64,000 nt of DNA. It comes from Lingula anatina. Taxonomy: Eukaryota > Animalia > Brachiopoda. Made by a program: the position numbers and the translations under genes. Under the pieces are notes generated by a model. The model was not told where the DNA came from and did not search any database. It worked only from the letters and a program-made list of their open reading frames with translations. The stretch lies in assembly GCA_051362555.1 (NCBI GenBank), contig CM120644.1, forward strand, positions 15,770,534 through 15,834,533, in the 5' to 3' direction. Positions 11,462 to 22,800 of this stretch are shown one piece after another (position 1 is the first letter of the stretch; each line of letters begins with the position of its first letter).

Positions 11462-13126
11462 CAGACTTGACATTTAATATGGAATATTTTTTCCAAAACA
11501 TAATTCATCAGTTTTTTTCCTATTTTGCTAACTGATAAATGAAAATAAGGATTAAAATCGTGTTTTAATAACTTTTGATAATCTCTTCGATGTCATTGTG
11601 ACATCAGTTCATTAATTGTATTTGTCAGTGAAGCAAACAAAAATACATTGCCTATTTTAGGCCATACGACAACCATTGAAAGCTAGCGATATTTTGGATC
11701 GCCATATTTTCCTAATTATTGTCTTTAAAAGAGTTACACGCCCCACAAAGGCCCCCATGTCAGTGTCTAGTCACAGCAACAGTCGCTGTTACGCTTGACC
11801 TCATTTTGCTGCTACCAGAGCTTTCAAGCCGCAAGGCATTTCTTATGATAGGCTTTTTAGAGTTTAATCTGGAATAAAATTTCAGAATACGGTTAAAACT
11901 TGTCCAATTTGGCTCTGTTTTGATGTAGGACATGCAAGCCGTTGATTCGTCGAGTAATGACCTACCCACATATTGTCTATGTGGTTCAAATATGGCGATT
12001 TTGATGACCAAGGTAGCTACTCATTCCCTTGGTTCTGTAAGTTATCTGCTATTAAAAGTGCTCTGTTTGAACCGGCAACCTCAACCTGCAACCTAAAATT
12101 GTTCCTAAGGTGCCCCCTATCAAATAATAGTCAAGTGGTTCCCAGATTATTCCTTTATTTGATCTGGTTCAGGATTTCATCGATGACTACCATTGGTGTT
12201 TTGGCACCAATGTGGTATCCACTCCAAATACCGACACTGTCAATGACCCTAGTCACTTAAGAAGTGGCACACGCTTCGTCGTAGGCCTCTTCAGGATGTC
12301 TGTAAACTCTGTTTTGACCAGTTTAGCGGTAAAGGTTAAATCTGACCTCAATAAAGAAAGCCACGCGGTTTCATTGTTTTACCCAAAAACTGTCATGGCC
12401 CCCCAATTCATGAGAGAAATAGACTAGGCTACTTTGCTGTTTACGGTGGCTTCCTCAGAGGACGTCTGGAATCCTAACCTGCTGATATCAGTTTGGTGTT
12501 CGCTAAGGGCCTTGAAAAACACGTTTTGGTGACAATTTGTCCCTCATTCAAAACGGACTGGGTGGTTTTGGTTCAATTGCAGCAGTAAATCCTGAAGGAC
12601 AGTGAGTTCTATACCTTGGTTGTAAGACGTCGATGCATTGGGCTTGGTCTCTGCGTAGTGTCTCAAACCGGGCATAACTCTATAAAACTGTGTAGACCGT
12701 TCCGTTTGACACAATAATCTGTCTGGCAATGTCTGTGTTTTTCGCGCCATTCTGGCACAGCTTAACATTTATGTAAAACGCTGCTTAACTCATTTTACGC
12801 ACTGCAAAACCGACCGCTTGCATGCAAAATTTCAAATTCTTCTATGCAGTAGTTGCCGACATATGGATACTTTTTTGACAGAACCATGCTTCGCCAAAGC
12901 CAAGCTTTGACTAGCCCAAAGGAGCACTGCCCAATTAAATTAAGGCATATTACACAAGGCAGCAGTGCAACAGACTTGGTAAGCAGTTAATTGGCAGCGA
13001 CACACCTGACTTCACACTTCTCTAGTCAGATGTCGTATATAAAATCTTAAATTTTTGAAAAAAGAACGCATTTTTACCTAGGTATACCTTTAAAAATGAA
13101 ATATTCCATATTAAATGTCAAGTCTG
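11462..13126 (-). mobile_element. Degenerate full-length Tc1/mariner transposon
   Basis: TA-flanked TIRs CAGACTTGACATTTAATATGGAATATTT and AAATATTCCATATTAAATGTCAAGTCTG. The minus strand holds broken transposase motifs: HTH-like GAKNTDIARQIIVSNGTV, RFNLY...RVYRHPEEAYDEAC, KTPMVVID and LPWSSKSPYLNHIDNMW (consensus WPxxSPDLNPIENxW). Many stop codons. Confidence 0.9.
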
Positions 13127-13447
13127 TATATAGAGGAATAGTTATCACAATTAATTAGTTTTCTGCAATAATTAATTAGTTTTCTGTCTCTCTAAATTAG
13201 TTTTCTGTAATCTTCCTGTTATGGCCTGTTATCGCCACCGTCAACCCCACCACAAAATACCTCAATTGTTGAAATGTTATTTTTTTCTGCGGTTATCCCA
13301 TAATTACTACAGTGTATTTCAAACGCAGATGTAAATAGAGGATACCAATAACGGTTGAGTGGTCACCAGGCCAACAAGTCAGTGTATATCCATTCTGATG
13401 GTAATCTGACTTGAAATTGATGGTGACATTTGGACTAAGCACACTAA

Positions 13448-13888
13448 GAGCGCATTCAAAACCAAAGTTGATCCAAGGACTAACAGATCTGTGGATCAAA
13501 TATGGCCAACCCATTTGGAAGCTTACCGCGGAGAATCTATTCAGTGTCTTTTGGGGAACTACCCACACTGGACAACAGAAGTGTCACCCCCTGAATCAGA
13601 GTAATCAAAGTTATAATGCCTGGTCTACTTATACAGTAATGTGACTAATGAGTACAAAACCGCTGTACGATGGGATTGTATCGTTGATCTTGTTTGTGAA
13701 ATTTGATGTTAATTAAATGATACCAGGAGCATATCATTCCACAGTCATTTATCTCCCCCAAAGTATTGGTTCAGTAGGGATGACACTTATTTTGTCCAGT
13801 GTGTGTATGCGGCAAGCTTTCCAGCGGATCGGCCATATTTTATCGGAGAATCTGTTAGTCCGCGGATCAAGTGGTTTTGAATGCGGCC
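13448..13888. mobile_element. Harbinger-type MITE with a nested TA-flanked MITE (13562-13805), directly upstream of gene B
   Basis: Outer TIRs GCATTCAAAACCA / TGGTTTTGAATGC with TAA/TTA flanks; inner TIRs CACACTGGACAA / TTGTCCAGTGTG. An uninterrupted relative lies at about 24745-24947. Confidence 0.75.
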
Positions 13889-13954
13889 TTACATACATGT
13901 AGAAGTGAGCCCTATAAGCCATCAGAAAATATCTTCTACACTAGGGTACAATCC

Positions 13955-14191
13955 ATGCTGCACAACATGTCGAAACTCACCCAACGCAGTTGTGGATTAG
14001 TGAGGATTATCCAATTAAACCGGGGATTAGCAAGACTTGCTCAACCTTACCTAAAATTGGGGACTAACTGCCAACCTGGAATGGTCCACGGTTCTGGGCG
14101 ATTCTTACAGCCAGCCCGGAGACTGTCGAGCCAAACAGTGCGTCTTCAAAAGGTGGGTAGAACTCACGTCTTAATAGAACTGATCAATCAC

Positions 14192-14225
<34 letters not shown>

Positions 14226-15949
14226 GGAGTAATAGAAATAACAAACACTTTCGCTGAATTGCAAATTCAAATTCCTTTAAATCTGTTTGGCTTCTAAGGC
14301 ATACCCGAAGAATATTATAGTAATACCAATAATGTTGACTTAATTTATCGTTTAAATCAGTTACAAATTTTTGCAGATGCCAGTTGATTACCCTATGGTT
14401 ACTGGATCCGAGCACTGGCGACGTAAAATACGAACTGTATTCAAGGGTTTAGACGCCAACTCTGATGGGTACGTAACCAAAGAAGACTGGATGGAAAACG
14501 GAAGGCGTGCAGCGGGATATTTGAATCTAAATGGTAACTATAAATGGTAGTTTTCCCTGATGTAGCTTGTTTGGAAGTTCTTAACATTTTATTACTGTAC
14601 GTAACGAGAGAGTTGCAGAAGATAATGTAATGTACAAGAACGGTGAGCTTTCCAAATCCCATCATATCAGTACAGAAGTATAGGCCTACTGCCCTAAACC
14701 ACGTGCTGGCCTCCTTGACACTGGACGGCGTCATTTCTGCGTCCTTTGTTCAACCATGAAACTGGCATTGCTGTAGTCATAGAAAGGAGGTACACGCATT
14801 GCTTTGGTTGCAGAATGAATGCTCAAAGATCAACGAGTTGTCGGCACGTAAAGTATTTTTTAATCTAAAACGGGGTCGTACTAATGGACGATGTCCAGTG
14901 TGAAGGGGACTTGGGCACAGTTAGTTCCCTGTCTCAACTGTCACAATCTGACTGTACAGTAGCATCTCATGGTAATATACCTGTAGCGCCATGTAAAATC
15001 TTTTTTGTCTAACTTGGGAGATAACGTCACTTAAAGATGTTTTAATTGTATATTTCACGTTTTAACTGTGTCAGTGTTTGACTTCCTGTTAGAAGAGGGG
15101 AAATTAAATAGCTGCTAATATGCACTGATGTGTCTGTTAAGGCCTTTTACACTGGACGGCGTCCTTTCTGCGTCCCGTACAACGGCCCTGTTTGAGAGTA
15201 AAAAACAATAATGATTTACCTGCCGACAACTAGTCAATAATTGAACATTCATTCTGCAACTAAAGCCCCTTTTTACGACCACAGCAATGCAATTTTCATG
15301 GTCGCAGAAAGGACGCCGCCCAGTTTAAAGGGGGATTTATCAGCACAACGCGAAAAACACAAGATGGTGAATTTGTCGAGATATGGTTATAACACACTAC
15401 GATTTCTAGAGAAACTTACGTTAACTAGAGAGTCAAAGTGAAACGTTTAAGCGTAATCTCTTTATACATTTCTATATATACATCTCTGTAAATTACCAGT
15501 AAGGTTTCGCTTGCCCATCTACTTGATGTCTTTCAGATGAGCAAACCGAGCGCTTATTAAAGCAGCGTCTTGACATGTGGGGACTCATGTCTATCGATTT
15601 AAAAGGGAACAAAACAGATAAGATATCGGAGGAGGAATATATACAGAAACTTTTGTCAGTTATCAACGAGAAAAGCATCCGGGAGGAGGGCTACAAGAGA
15701 TTTATCGCCGTCGATTTTAACGCCATGGACGTCGATGGCGATGGTCGTGTATCAAAGGAAGAACACGCGTCTTTCTTCTACAGCATACGCGCTCCCGTTG
15801 AAGAGTCCAAGCACGTCTTTGAAGTGATGGACGCCGACAAAGATGGCTTCATATCGTTCGAAGAGTTTGCACATGGTTATAACGAATTCTTTTTAACTGA
15901 AGAGACTGATAATGTCTATAACGCGTACCACGGCCCACTTGTGGATTAG
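13955..15949 (+). CDS. EF-hand Ca-binding protein, paralog B (255 aa from the first ATG, 3 exons)
   Basis: Exons are 13955-14152 (MLHNMSKLTQRSCGLVRIIQ...VRLQK, donor GTGGGT; alternative ATG at 13967), 14377-14533 (TTGCAG|ATG, MPVDYPMVTGSEHWRRKIRTVFKGLDANSDGYVTKED...) and 15537-15949 (...NAYHGPLVD*). Exons 2 and 3 have the same sizes (157 and 413 nt) and phases as in paralog A. Confidence 0.92.
14708..14910. mobile_element. MITE in intron 2 of gene B
   Basis: TIRs CCTTGACACTGGAC / GTCCAGTGTGAAGG; absent from the aligned intron of gene C. Confidence 0.7.
15141..15335. mobile_element. Second related MITE in intron 2 of gene B
   Basis: TIRs TTACACTGGACGGCGTCCTTTCTGCG / CGCAGAAAGGACGCCGCCCAGTTTAA; absent from gene C. 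Confidence 0.75.
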
Positions 15950-16044
15950 GCGCTCGTAAGACAGCGGCTAGCTTGTCTGTTACGTTTATGCACCGCCGAT
16001 TTAAGTGTATATTAGCACAACGTTTATTTCATGCTTAAACAAAT

Positions 16045-16281
16045 ACCCCGTTCCCATATCTATATCCATCTCGCAGGATCGACCCATCTTCGAGAGGATT
16101 CTCTCTAAATTGCATTCAGCTGAAGAGATTCTGATGTCTGAGACACCTACTGAAGTTGTTAGGGGGTAATTAATTATCGTTCAGCAGCTTCAGCAGGCGT
16201 GCTGGAAATCTAGGCCGCTTTAACTGAAAGACCTCGGAGATAGTTCGATCCTGTTAGATCGATCTAAGTATGGGAACCCAT
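16045..16281. mobile_element. Palindromic MITE in the 3' flank of gene B (counterpart about 18790-19232 behind gene C)
   Basis: Imperfect fold-back centred on TAATTAATTA, with ends GTTCCCATA / TATGGGAAC. Confidence 0.7.
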
Positions 16282-16946
16282 TCTGTTACTGTTGATATTA
16301 AATACATGTCTGGCGTTGTTGTTTACACATAAATACATATCAAGGTTATATTAAGGACAGCTTGCTCTAGCGCTATCTAATCGTAGAGTCTGTTTTAAGC
16401 TCAATCGTGCAGCTTTTATTTATGTTAGCTTAAGGTAATAAGAGAGAATTTTTACACATTTGTCCTTCCATTAGAATTAGGATTGGATATATTTATATTC
16501 AGACACATACTATACAATTTGATTTGGGTTTTATATAGACTCGTTGTCATTGTATAGTCAAGGTGGTGGTAGCGCACTTGCTGCAAGTAGATTTTTTTCC
16601 AAATATCAAATGTTGTAAATATGACATTAAATACTGATATTTTACGTATTCTGTGGTCGTTATCTTGATATAATCCATAGTTTTCATATTATCACTCTGG
16701 GTAAAATTTGACCTAGGTACATGGGGATTACATGGTAAAAGGTCCACTTTTTCAGAAAAAGAACCCCCCCCCCCCCTTTGAAATTGCTGGCTACGGACCT
16801 GAACATGATACTACGCGTTTTTTGCTATTGAATCGCGTCAACGCGTTTTTTCTACTGAATAAAGGGTGTAAGAAAGTAGGTTATATTTTACCTGTATAGG
16901 AGTTGCTGTAGCTTAAAGGGTGACTTTAGGAGACGGGGCACAATTC

Positions 16947-18694
16947 ATGCTGCACAACATGTCAAAATTCACCCAACGTAGTCGTGGATTAGTGAGGATT
17001 ATCCAGCTAAGTCGGGGATTGATTGTTCAAACTTCCCTGAAATTGGGTACTAACTCCCAACCTAGATTAGTTCAAGGTTCTGAGCCATTCTTCCAGCCAG
17101 CCAAGAGACTGACGAACCAAACTCTCTGTCTTAAAAAGGTGGGTAGAATTGAGTTATTGGCGCTGATCACCCTTTAGCAATTAGGCAATTCGTACGTACT
17201 TGACCAGAGACCACCCTTTGCTACTCACACAATGGCCATCTTCTTGATTGCTATCTTCACCTGGCTGGCTGGAAAGTCAGTCCAAGTTTCAACTGAATGT
17301 ACCACTTCAATTGAAGTCAGACCAATTATAGTCTTACTCACTGGAGTTTCAGTTCGTTTTTAGTCTTAAGATCAAATTAAGACTCCTTACTTAATCCTTA
17401 AGACCGCGTCAGTCCAGTTTTGGTCTTAAATTGCACTTATATAGGCACATTATATAGTGGATGATAACGATGGTGTTAACTTAATTTTATCGTTGAAATC
17501 TTTCCAGATGCCAGTTGATTACCCTATGGTTACTGGATCCGAGCACTGGCGACGTAAAATGCGAACTGTATTCAAGGGTTTAGACGCCAACTCTGATGGC
17601 TACATTACCGGAGAAGACTGGGTGGAAACCGGAAGGCGTGCAGCGGGATATTTGAATCTAAATGGTATCTATAAATGGTATTTTTCCACTGTTGTAGTGT
17701 GATTGGAAGTTCTTAATATTTTATTACCTTACGTAATGTGAGTGTTGCAGACCATAATGCAATATACAAGAATGGTAAGATCTCCACATCCCATCATATC
17801 ACTACATATCACTAAATCACGTGTTGGCCTATGCATCAAATAGTTCCCGATCTCAACTGTCACAATCTGACTATACAGCAGCATCTCATGGTTATATACC
17901 ATGTAAAAAACGATTACTTTTTTTTTTGCTAAGTTGGGAAAAGGGTCTCTTTAAGATATCATATTTCAACTAAGGTCATGTCAGTGTTTGATTTCGTGTA
18001 ATGAAAAGAGGGAAAATTAAATAGTTGCTAATAGGCATTAATGTAAGTCTGTCATCAGCACAACTTGAAAAACATATGATGGTGAAATTGTTTAAGTGTG
18101 GTTATAACAAAAAAGTACAATATCTAATTTTTTCAAACACATTACAATTTCTAGAAAAAACTTACGTTAATTATTGAAAGTGAAACGTTTAGACGTTATC
18201 TCTTTATACATTTCTATATACATCTCTACAAATTACCATACCAGTAAGGTTTCGCTTGTCCATTTGCGTTTCGTCTTTCAGATGAGCAAACCGAACGCCT
18301 ACTAAACCAGCGTCTTGACGTGTGGGCACTTATGTCTAGCGATTTAAAAGGGAACAAAACAGAAAAGATATCAGAAGAGGGATATATACAGAAACTTCTT
18401 TCAGTCATCAACGAGCACAGTGTCCGGGCGGAAGGCTACAAGAGATTTATCGCAGTCGATTTTAACGCCATGGACGTCGATGGCGATGGTCGCCTGTCAA
18501 AAGAAGAACACGCGTCCTTCTTCTACAGTATACATGCCCCCGTTGAAGAGTCCAAACGCGTCTTTGAAGTGATGGACAGCAACAAAGATGGCTTCATATC
18601 GTTCGAAGAGTTTGCATATGGTTATATTGAATTCTTTTTAACCGACGAACCTGATAACCTCTATAACGACTTCTACGGTCCACTTGTGGATTAG
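16947..18694 (+). CDS. EF-hand Ca-binding protein, paralog C (253 aa, 3 exons)
   Basis: Exons are 16947-17138 (MLHNMSKFTQRSRGLVRIIQ...LCLKK, donor GTGGGT), 17508-17664 and 18282-18694 (...NDFYGPLVD*). Close paralog of B; intron 2 and the 3' flank also align. Confidence 0.92.
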
Positions 18695-18958
18695 GCGCTC
18701 GTAAGACAACGGCTGATTTGTCTGTTACGTTTATGCAATGTCGATTCAAATGTATATGAGCACAGGGTTTATTTCATGCTTAAACATAGACCCCGTTTCC
18801 ATATCTAGATACATCTAGCAGGATCGATCTATCACCGAGGGGTTTCTCGCTAAATTGCATTCAGCTGAAGAGGCTCTAATGTCTGGCACACCTACTGAAG
18901 CAGATAGAGGGTAATTAATTATTGTTTAGCAGCTTCAGTAGGCGTGTCGGACATCTAA

Positions 18959-19173
18959 GGCTCTGTTCCCATAGCTTTTAGATCGATCTATCCCCGCGGG
19001 GAGTCTCACTAGATTACTTTCAGATAATCCGACTTAAATGTCCGTCCCGCTTACTACAAGCTGTAAGGGGGTAATTAACTTTCGTGTCCGCCCGGCTGAC
19101 AGCTATTTAGCGTGAACCCCCAGGGAGTTAGGTCGATCTAAAGTAGGTCGATCTAATCTATGGAAAGGGGGTG
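18959..19173. mobile_element. 215-bp PIF/Harbinger-like MITE with TAA target-site duplication
   Basis: TAA at 18956-18958 and 19174-19176; the empty site is visible in the gene B flank (about 16210). A close reverse copy lies at 47891-48105. Confidence 0.85.
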
Positions 19174-19239
19174 TAAGTCGTTTTAGCTGAAAGGAATTTA
19201 GTGAGAAACCCCTCGGAGATAGATCGAACCTGAGAGGTG

Positions 19240-19640
19240 AGTCCAAGGTGTGAGTCAGAAAGAAGATATAAACAAAGAAGTTGACTACATAAGAAACGAT
19301 CGAATTAAAAGTGGCAAAAATCTCAGATGGAGAGAGAGTCAGACCGAAAAGAAGATACCCACACCTGGTGAAGAAACCTACTAACCCAAGCACAAGATTA
19401 CAGTTTTCTAGATATGGAGGACAAATGCATAACAGAGATAACTGTCCTGCTAGTGAAAAACAATGTTTTAAATGCAGCGAGTAGAATCATTTCCAGAAAG
19501 TATGCAAAACTCAAAAAACGAGTGACAACCAAGCACGTACAAAGACAGACCAACCATGTGCAGAGGCAGAAAAATGGTGAAAAAACAGAGTTAGGAGACA
19601 GCTCGGAATCAGAAGATGGGGATTTCCTGAAAACAGTATA
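19240..19640 (+). mobile_element. Gypsy (Mag-like) LTR retrotransposon gag remnant
   Basis: About 19404-19513 translates as FSRYGGQMHNRDNCPASEKQCFKCSE*NHFQKVCKTQ, a decayed CxxCG..H....CPA....CxxC...NHF...C double zinc knuckle. Confidence 0.7.
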
Positions 19641-19829
19641 ACCTTTGTAAAAATGGTCCAATCAAGCTAATTTGTCTTGAATATTCATCCGTTCTGTAAG
19701 TCTCAAGCCAGAGGGTAAAATGGTTTTCCACTTATCGTGTTAGTGCACGGTGACGACAGACGCAAGTGATGGCTATATGTACAGCCACATATGTGTCTGT
19801 ACATAAAAAGGGATTGTGATTGGTTGGAA

Positions 19830-22800
19830 CTAAGATCTAATATACCAAAGATTGGACACTCGGCAATTCTTCAAAGGGTAATCCGATTAACTGTGGAAAG
19901 ACGTTCGTACGGCGGAAGTAGTCAGTCGCGTTGTGATCGTGCGCAGGTAGAGCTCTGTTGCATGTGGGCGATTTCAAGGTAGGTAAATTACCTCTTTTAG
20001 TCTTGTAGTTTCTCTGAGAATGTATGTGCAGAAGGGAAAACTAACAGGGTTCACTTGTGTGTAAAATATGCAATATTTTGGAGCAGATATTATCGTGAAA
20101 ATTTGCCTTCAATCCGTTGTTGCATTCAAATTAGCAATATGGCGACAGACAAGCGAGTTTGAATGCTTTGTTACCTAAGGTCTAACACGGATAGTTTAAC
20201 TTTATGTACGTTGGTTTTTATATTACTGATGACTGAATAACACTGTCGTTTTATTGGTTGATAATTTAATTTATAGTAGCTTAGTTTTCTATGAAAATTT
20301 AAACAATACTTCGGGCAATAAAGCAAAATGGCGGTGCTGATCATAATCGCCGGGGTTAAAATGCACAGCCGAACACGAAAGTGGATCTATACAATGCGTT
20401 GGCAGTTTAACTGTGTCCATCTAAAAAAGTAGTGGAAGGTCGTAGGGTCAAACTTAGCTAAAATTTAGCTTTTTTTCTTAGGAATATTTAACGGTAAAAA
20501 TGACAATAACACAAGATGGCGGCGACTTTTGTTATCGATGGGCTTCAAATGCACAGCCGAACACGAAATTAGATCTGTACTATGCATTGGCAGTTAAACT
20601 GTGTTCATCTAAAAAAGTAGTAGAAGGTCGTAGGGTCAAACTTAGCTAAACTTAAGCTTTTTTTCTTAGGAATATTTAACGGTAAAAATGACAATAAAAC
20701 AAGATGGCGGCGACTTTTGTTATCGATGGGCTTCAAATGCACAACCGAACACGAAATTAGATCTGTACTATGCATTGGCAGTTAACCTGTGTTCATCTAA
20801 AAAAGTAGTGGAAGGTCGTAGGGTCAAACTTAGCTCAAATTTAGTTTTTTTCTTAGAAATATTTATCGGTAAAGATGACAATAAAACAAGATGGCGGGGA
20901 CTACAACTGGTGATATTTTTATCCAGGATTTATACCTAAGTAATGAGAAGATTGCGTGAAAATGTGCCTCACATCCTTATTTTTATTTTTCGTTTTCAGA
21001 TGCCATTAAAATGGGTCAAGGCCCGCAGGAGAAAAAATAAAGAGCAAAATCTGGCAGCAAAATCAAAAGGTAAGCTTTCTGGTCTATAACTAGAACTTTT
21101 TAGTTTATGGAGTTGAAAGTAAAATGTCTTACATACATGGGCACTATCAATCTGTCCCTTGTGTGTCATGCTCAGTGAGATATTTCCACTGTACCGACAA
21201 CATTATTACAAGTATCGGATTTCCACTGTACCAACAACATTATTACCAGTATCGGATACAAAAAGGCAGGTGCAATCACCATAGTGGATTGAGTGGAATT
21301 ATACAAATGACAAATAATAAGAGACTAGCACATGTCAGAACCTTTTTGACAGTAAAATATTATTTTATTATTTCGGGTGAATGTCATAATGCAAGTGTTG
21401 CAGATGATTTAGATGCACCACTGTCAAGTTTGCAAAGTGATTGTAAACAATCAAAAAGACACACAGGTGTATTAAATAAGCAAAATGGTAAGCTGCCCGA
21501 AATTAAATATTTAATTTTTGCTCGATAGTTTTACAAGTGCAGGAAAAGCTAGGTCAGTGTTGTCCGTACAGTGGACTTTAACATAACATGAGCAATTAAC
21601 ACGTCAGCATCTTTTTAACTGTGTGATAATTTTTTTTTTTCAGATATATGTTGCAATGGAAGTGATTCTGATGACGACGTACCTCTGTCTAGTTAACTCG
21701 GTGCTACTCAAGAACCTGACAGGCACATTGATATTTCAGCAAATGAACCACCATGAAACTAGCCATATGTTGTTCTTCATGAAAAACAAATATATCACTA
21801 TAAATTGTCTCCCTTCTGTAAACTCTGAAGTCAAGTCTAGGTTGGAATTAGTCAGTAGTGCTCTTAACAATAGATAAATATTATCATCACGTGCATAATT
21901 TTTATTGAATGAGATATTAATGTTGAAACAAGTCAAAATAGGGGGAAAATGCTATAATTCTTTGTCATGTCAAACTAGTACTCCTAAATAAATTACCTAT
22001 CTGTTGTGATTGTGTAACAGTCAGTGGTATCTAAAGGTGTTAACATTTTTATTTGCATTTCAATATCTGTGCCTTATTAAATCTATAATAAAATGCTTAT
22101 GAACAGAATATGACTTGTATTATGTTACTTTATCAGCCGGAAATGAATGATCAGTTTTAAATGCTAAATCTGATGAAATATTGATAATTTTTAGCAATCA
22201 TCTTTTATTTAGTCATTTTTAGTGAGATGGAAAACAAAATTGTTACACATATTATTCTTCCAATACATTCTGTGGAAGATGTTCAAAAGGCATATGTTTC
22301 AAAACAGATTTTGCAGAGTTTAAAAATATGTGCATGATTATGAAGTCGCAAGGAAACTATATTGCATGTGTTCTAAAAATATGAAAAAACGAGTTTACTT
22401 TTATTTGATTGTCAGTATAAAGATATGTCTTACCTTTCACTATCATTATGAAGTAGGTACCCAAATTAGTGTTTGTGAAAGTGAAATTAAAAACTACTTT
22501 TTCTTAAAGGATTTTTTTTTCAGTCCTTTTTGTTTCACCGATTTGCTACGAATATTCTGGTGAATTTGAAGTGATTATGCTCTAAAAGAATGACCGCTAA
22601 TAGTGACGAAGTTTTACAAACAGGCATAATAGATCAAGTTTCTGTTTTGGTGTAGCTTCACCATTCAGTTTCTCCCAGTGATTAGCATGACCTTATTGTC
22701 CAAAACGGCATCGAATATCACTATCTGTTACGTTGATGATCTCGTCACGTTTCCGGCTATATCTCCAAGTTGAGTCAATTTCTATAAAATGGCAGCTGTT

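Larger units (their letters stand above)
1..12738. repeat. Recent tandem segmental duplication, unit about 6989 bp (1-5749 repeats as 6989-12738; junction at 5749/5750)
   Basis: ORFs recur at +6988/6989. By eye only a G-run length change (10 vs 11 near 1744) and a G/T SNP (2826) were seen. Identity ends at TGTCTGTGT, positions 5749 and 12738. Confidence 0.95.

Noticed and set aside
13871-13954. GTG/TTG-initiated N-terminal extensions in the ORF track (e.g. 13871, 16920, 17457, 53459)
   Set aside because: These are non-ATG starts running through UTR or intron sequence; splice signals and paralog alignment define the real exon limits.
1144-18694. Calling the EF-hand cluster a working bioluminescence (photoprotein) locus
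   Set aside because: No paralog has the full aequorin residue set or the C-terminal Pro, and no luciferase or GFP gene is visible; kept only as a hypothesis.
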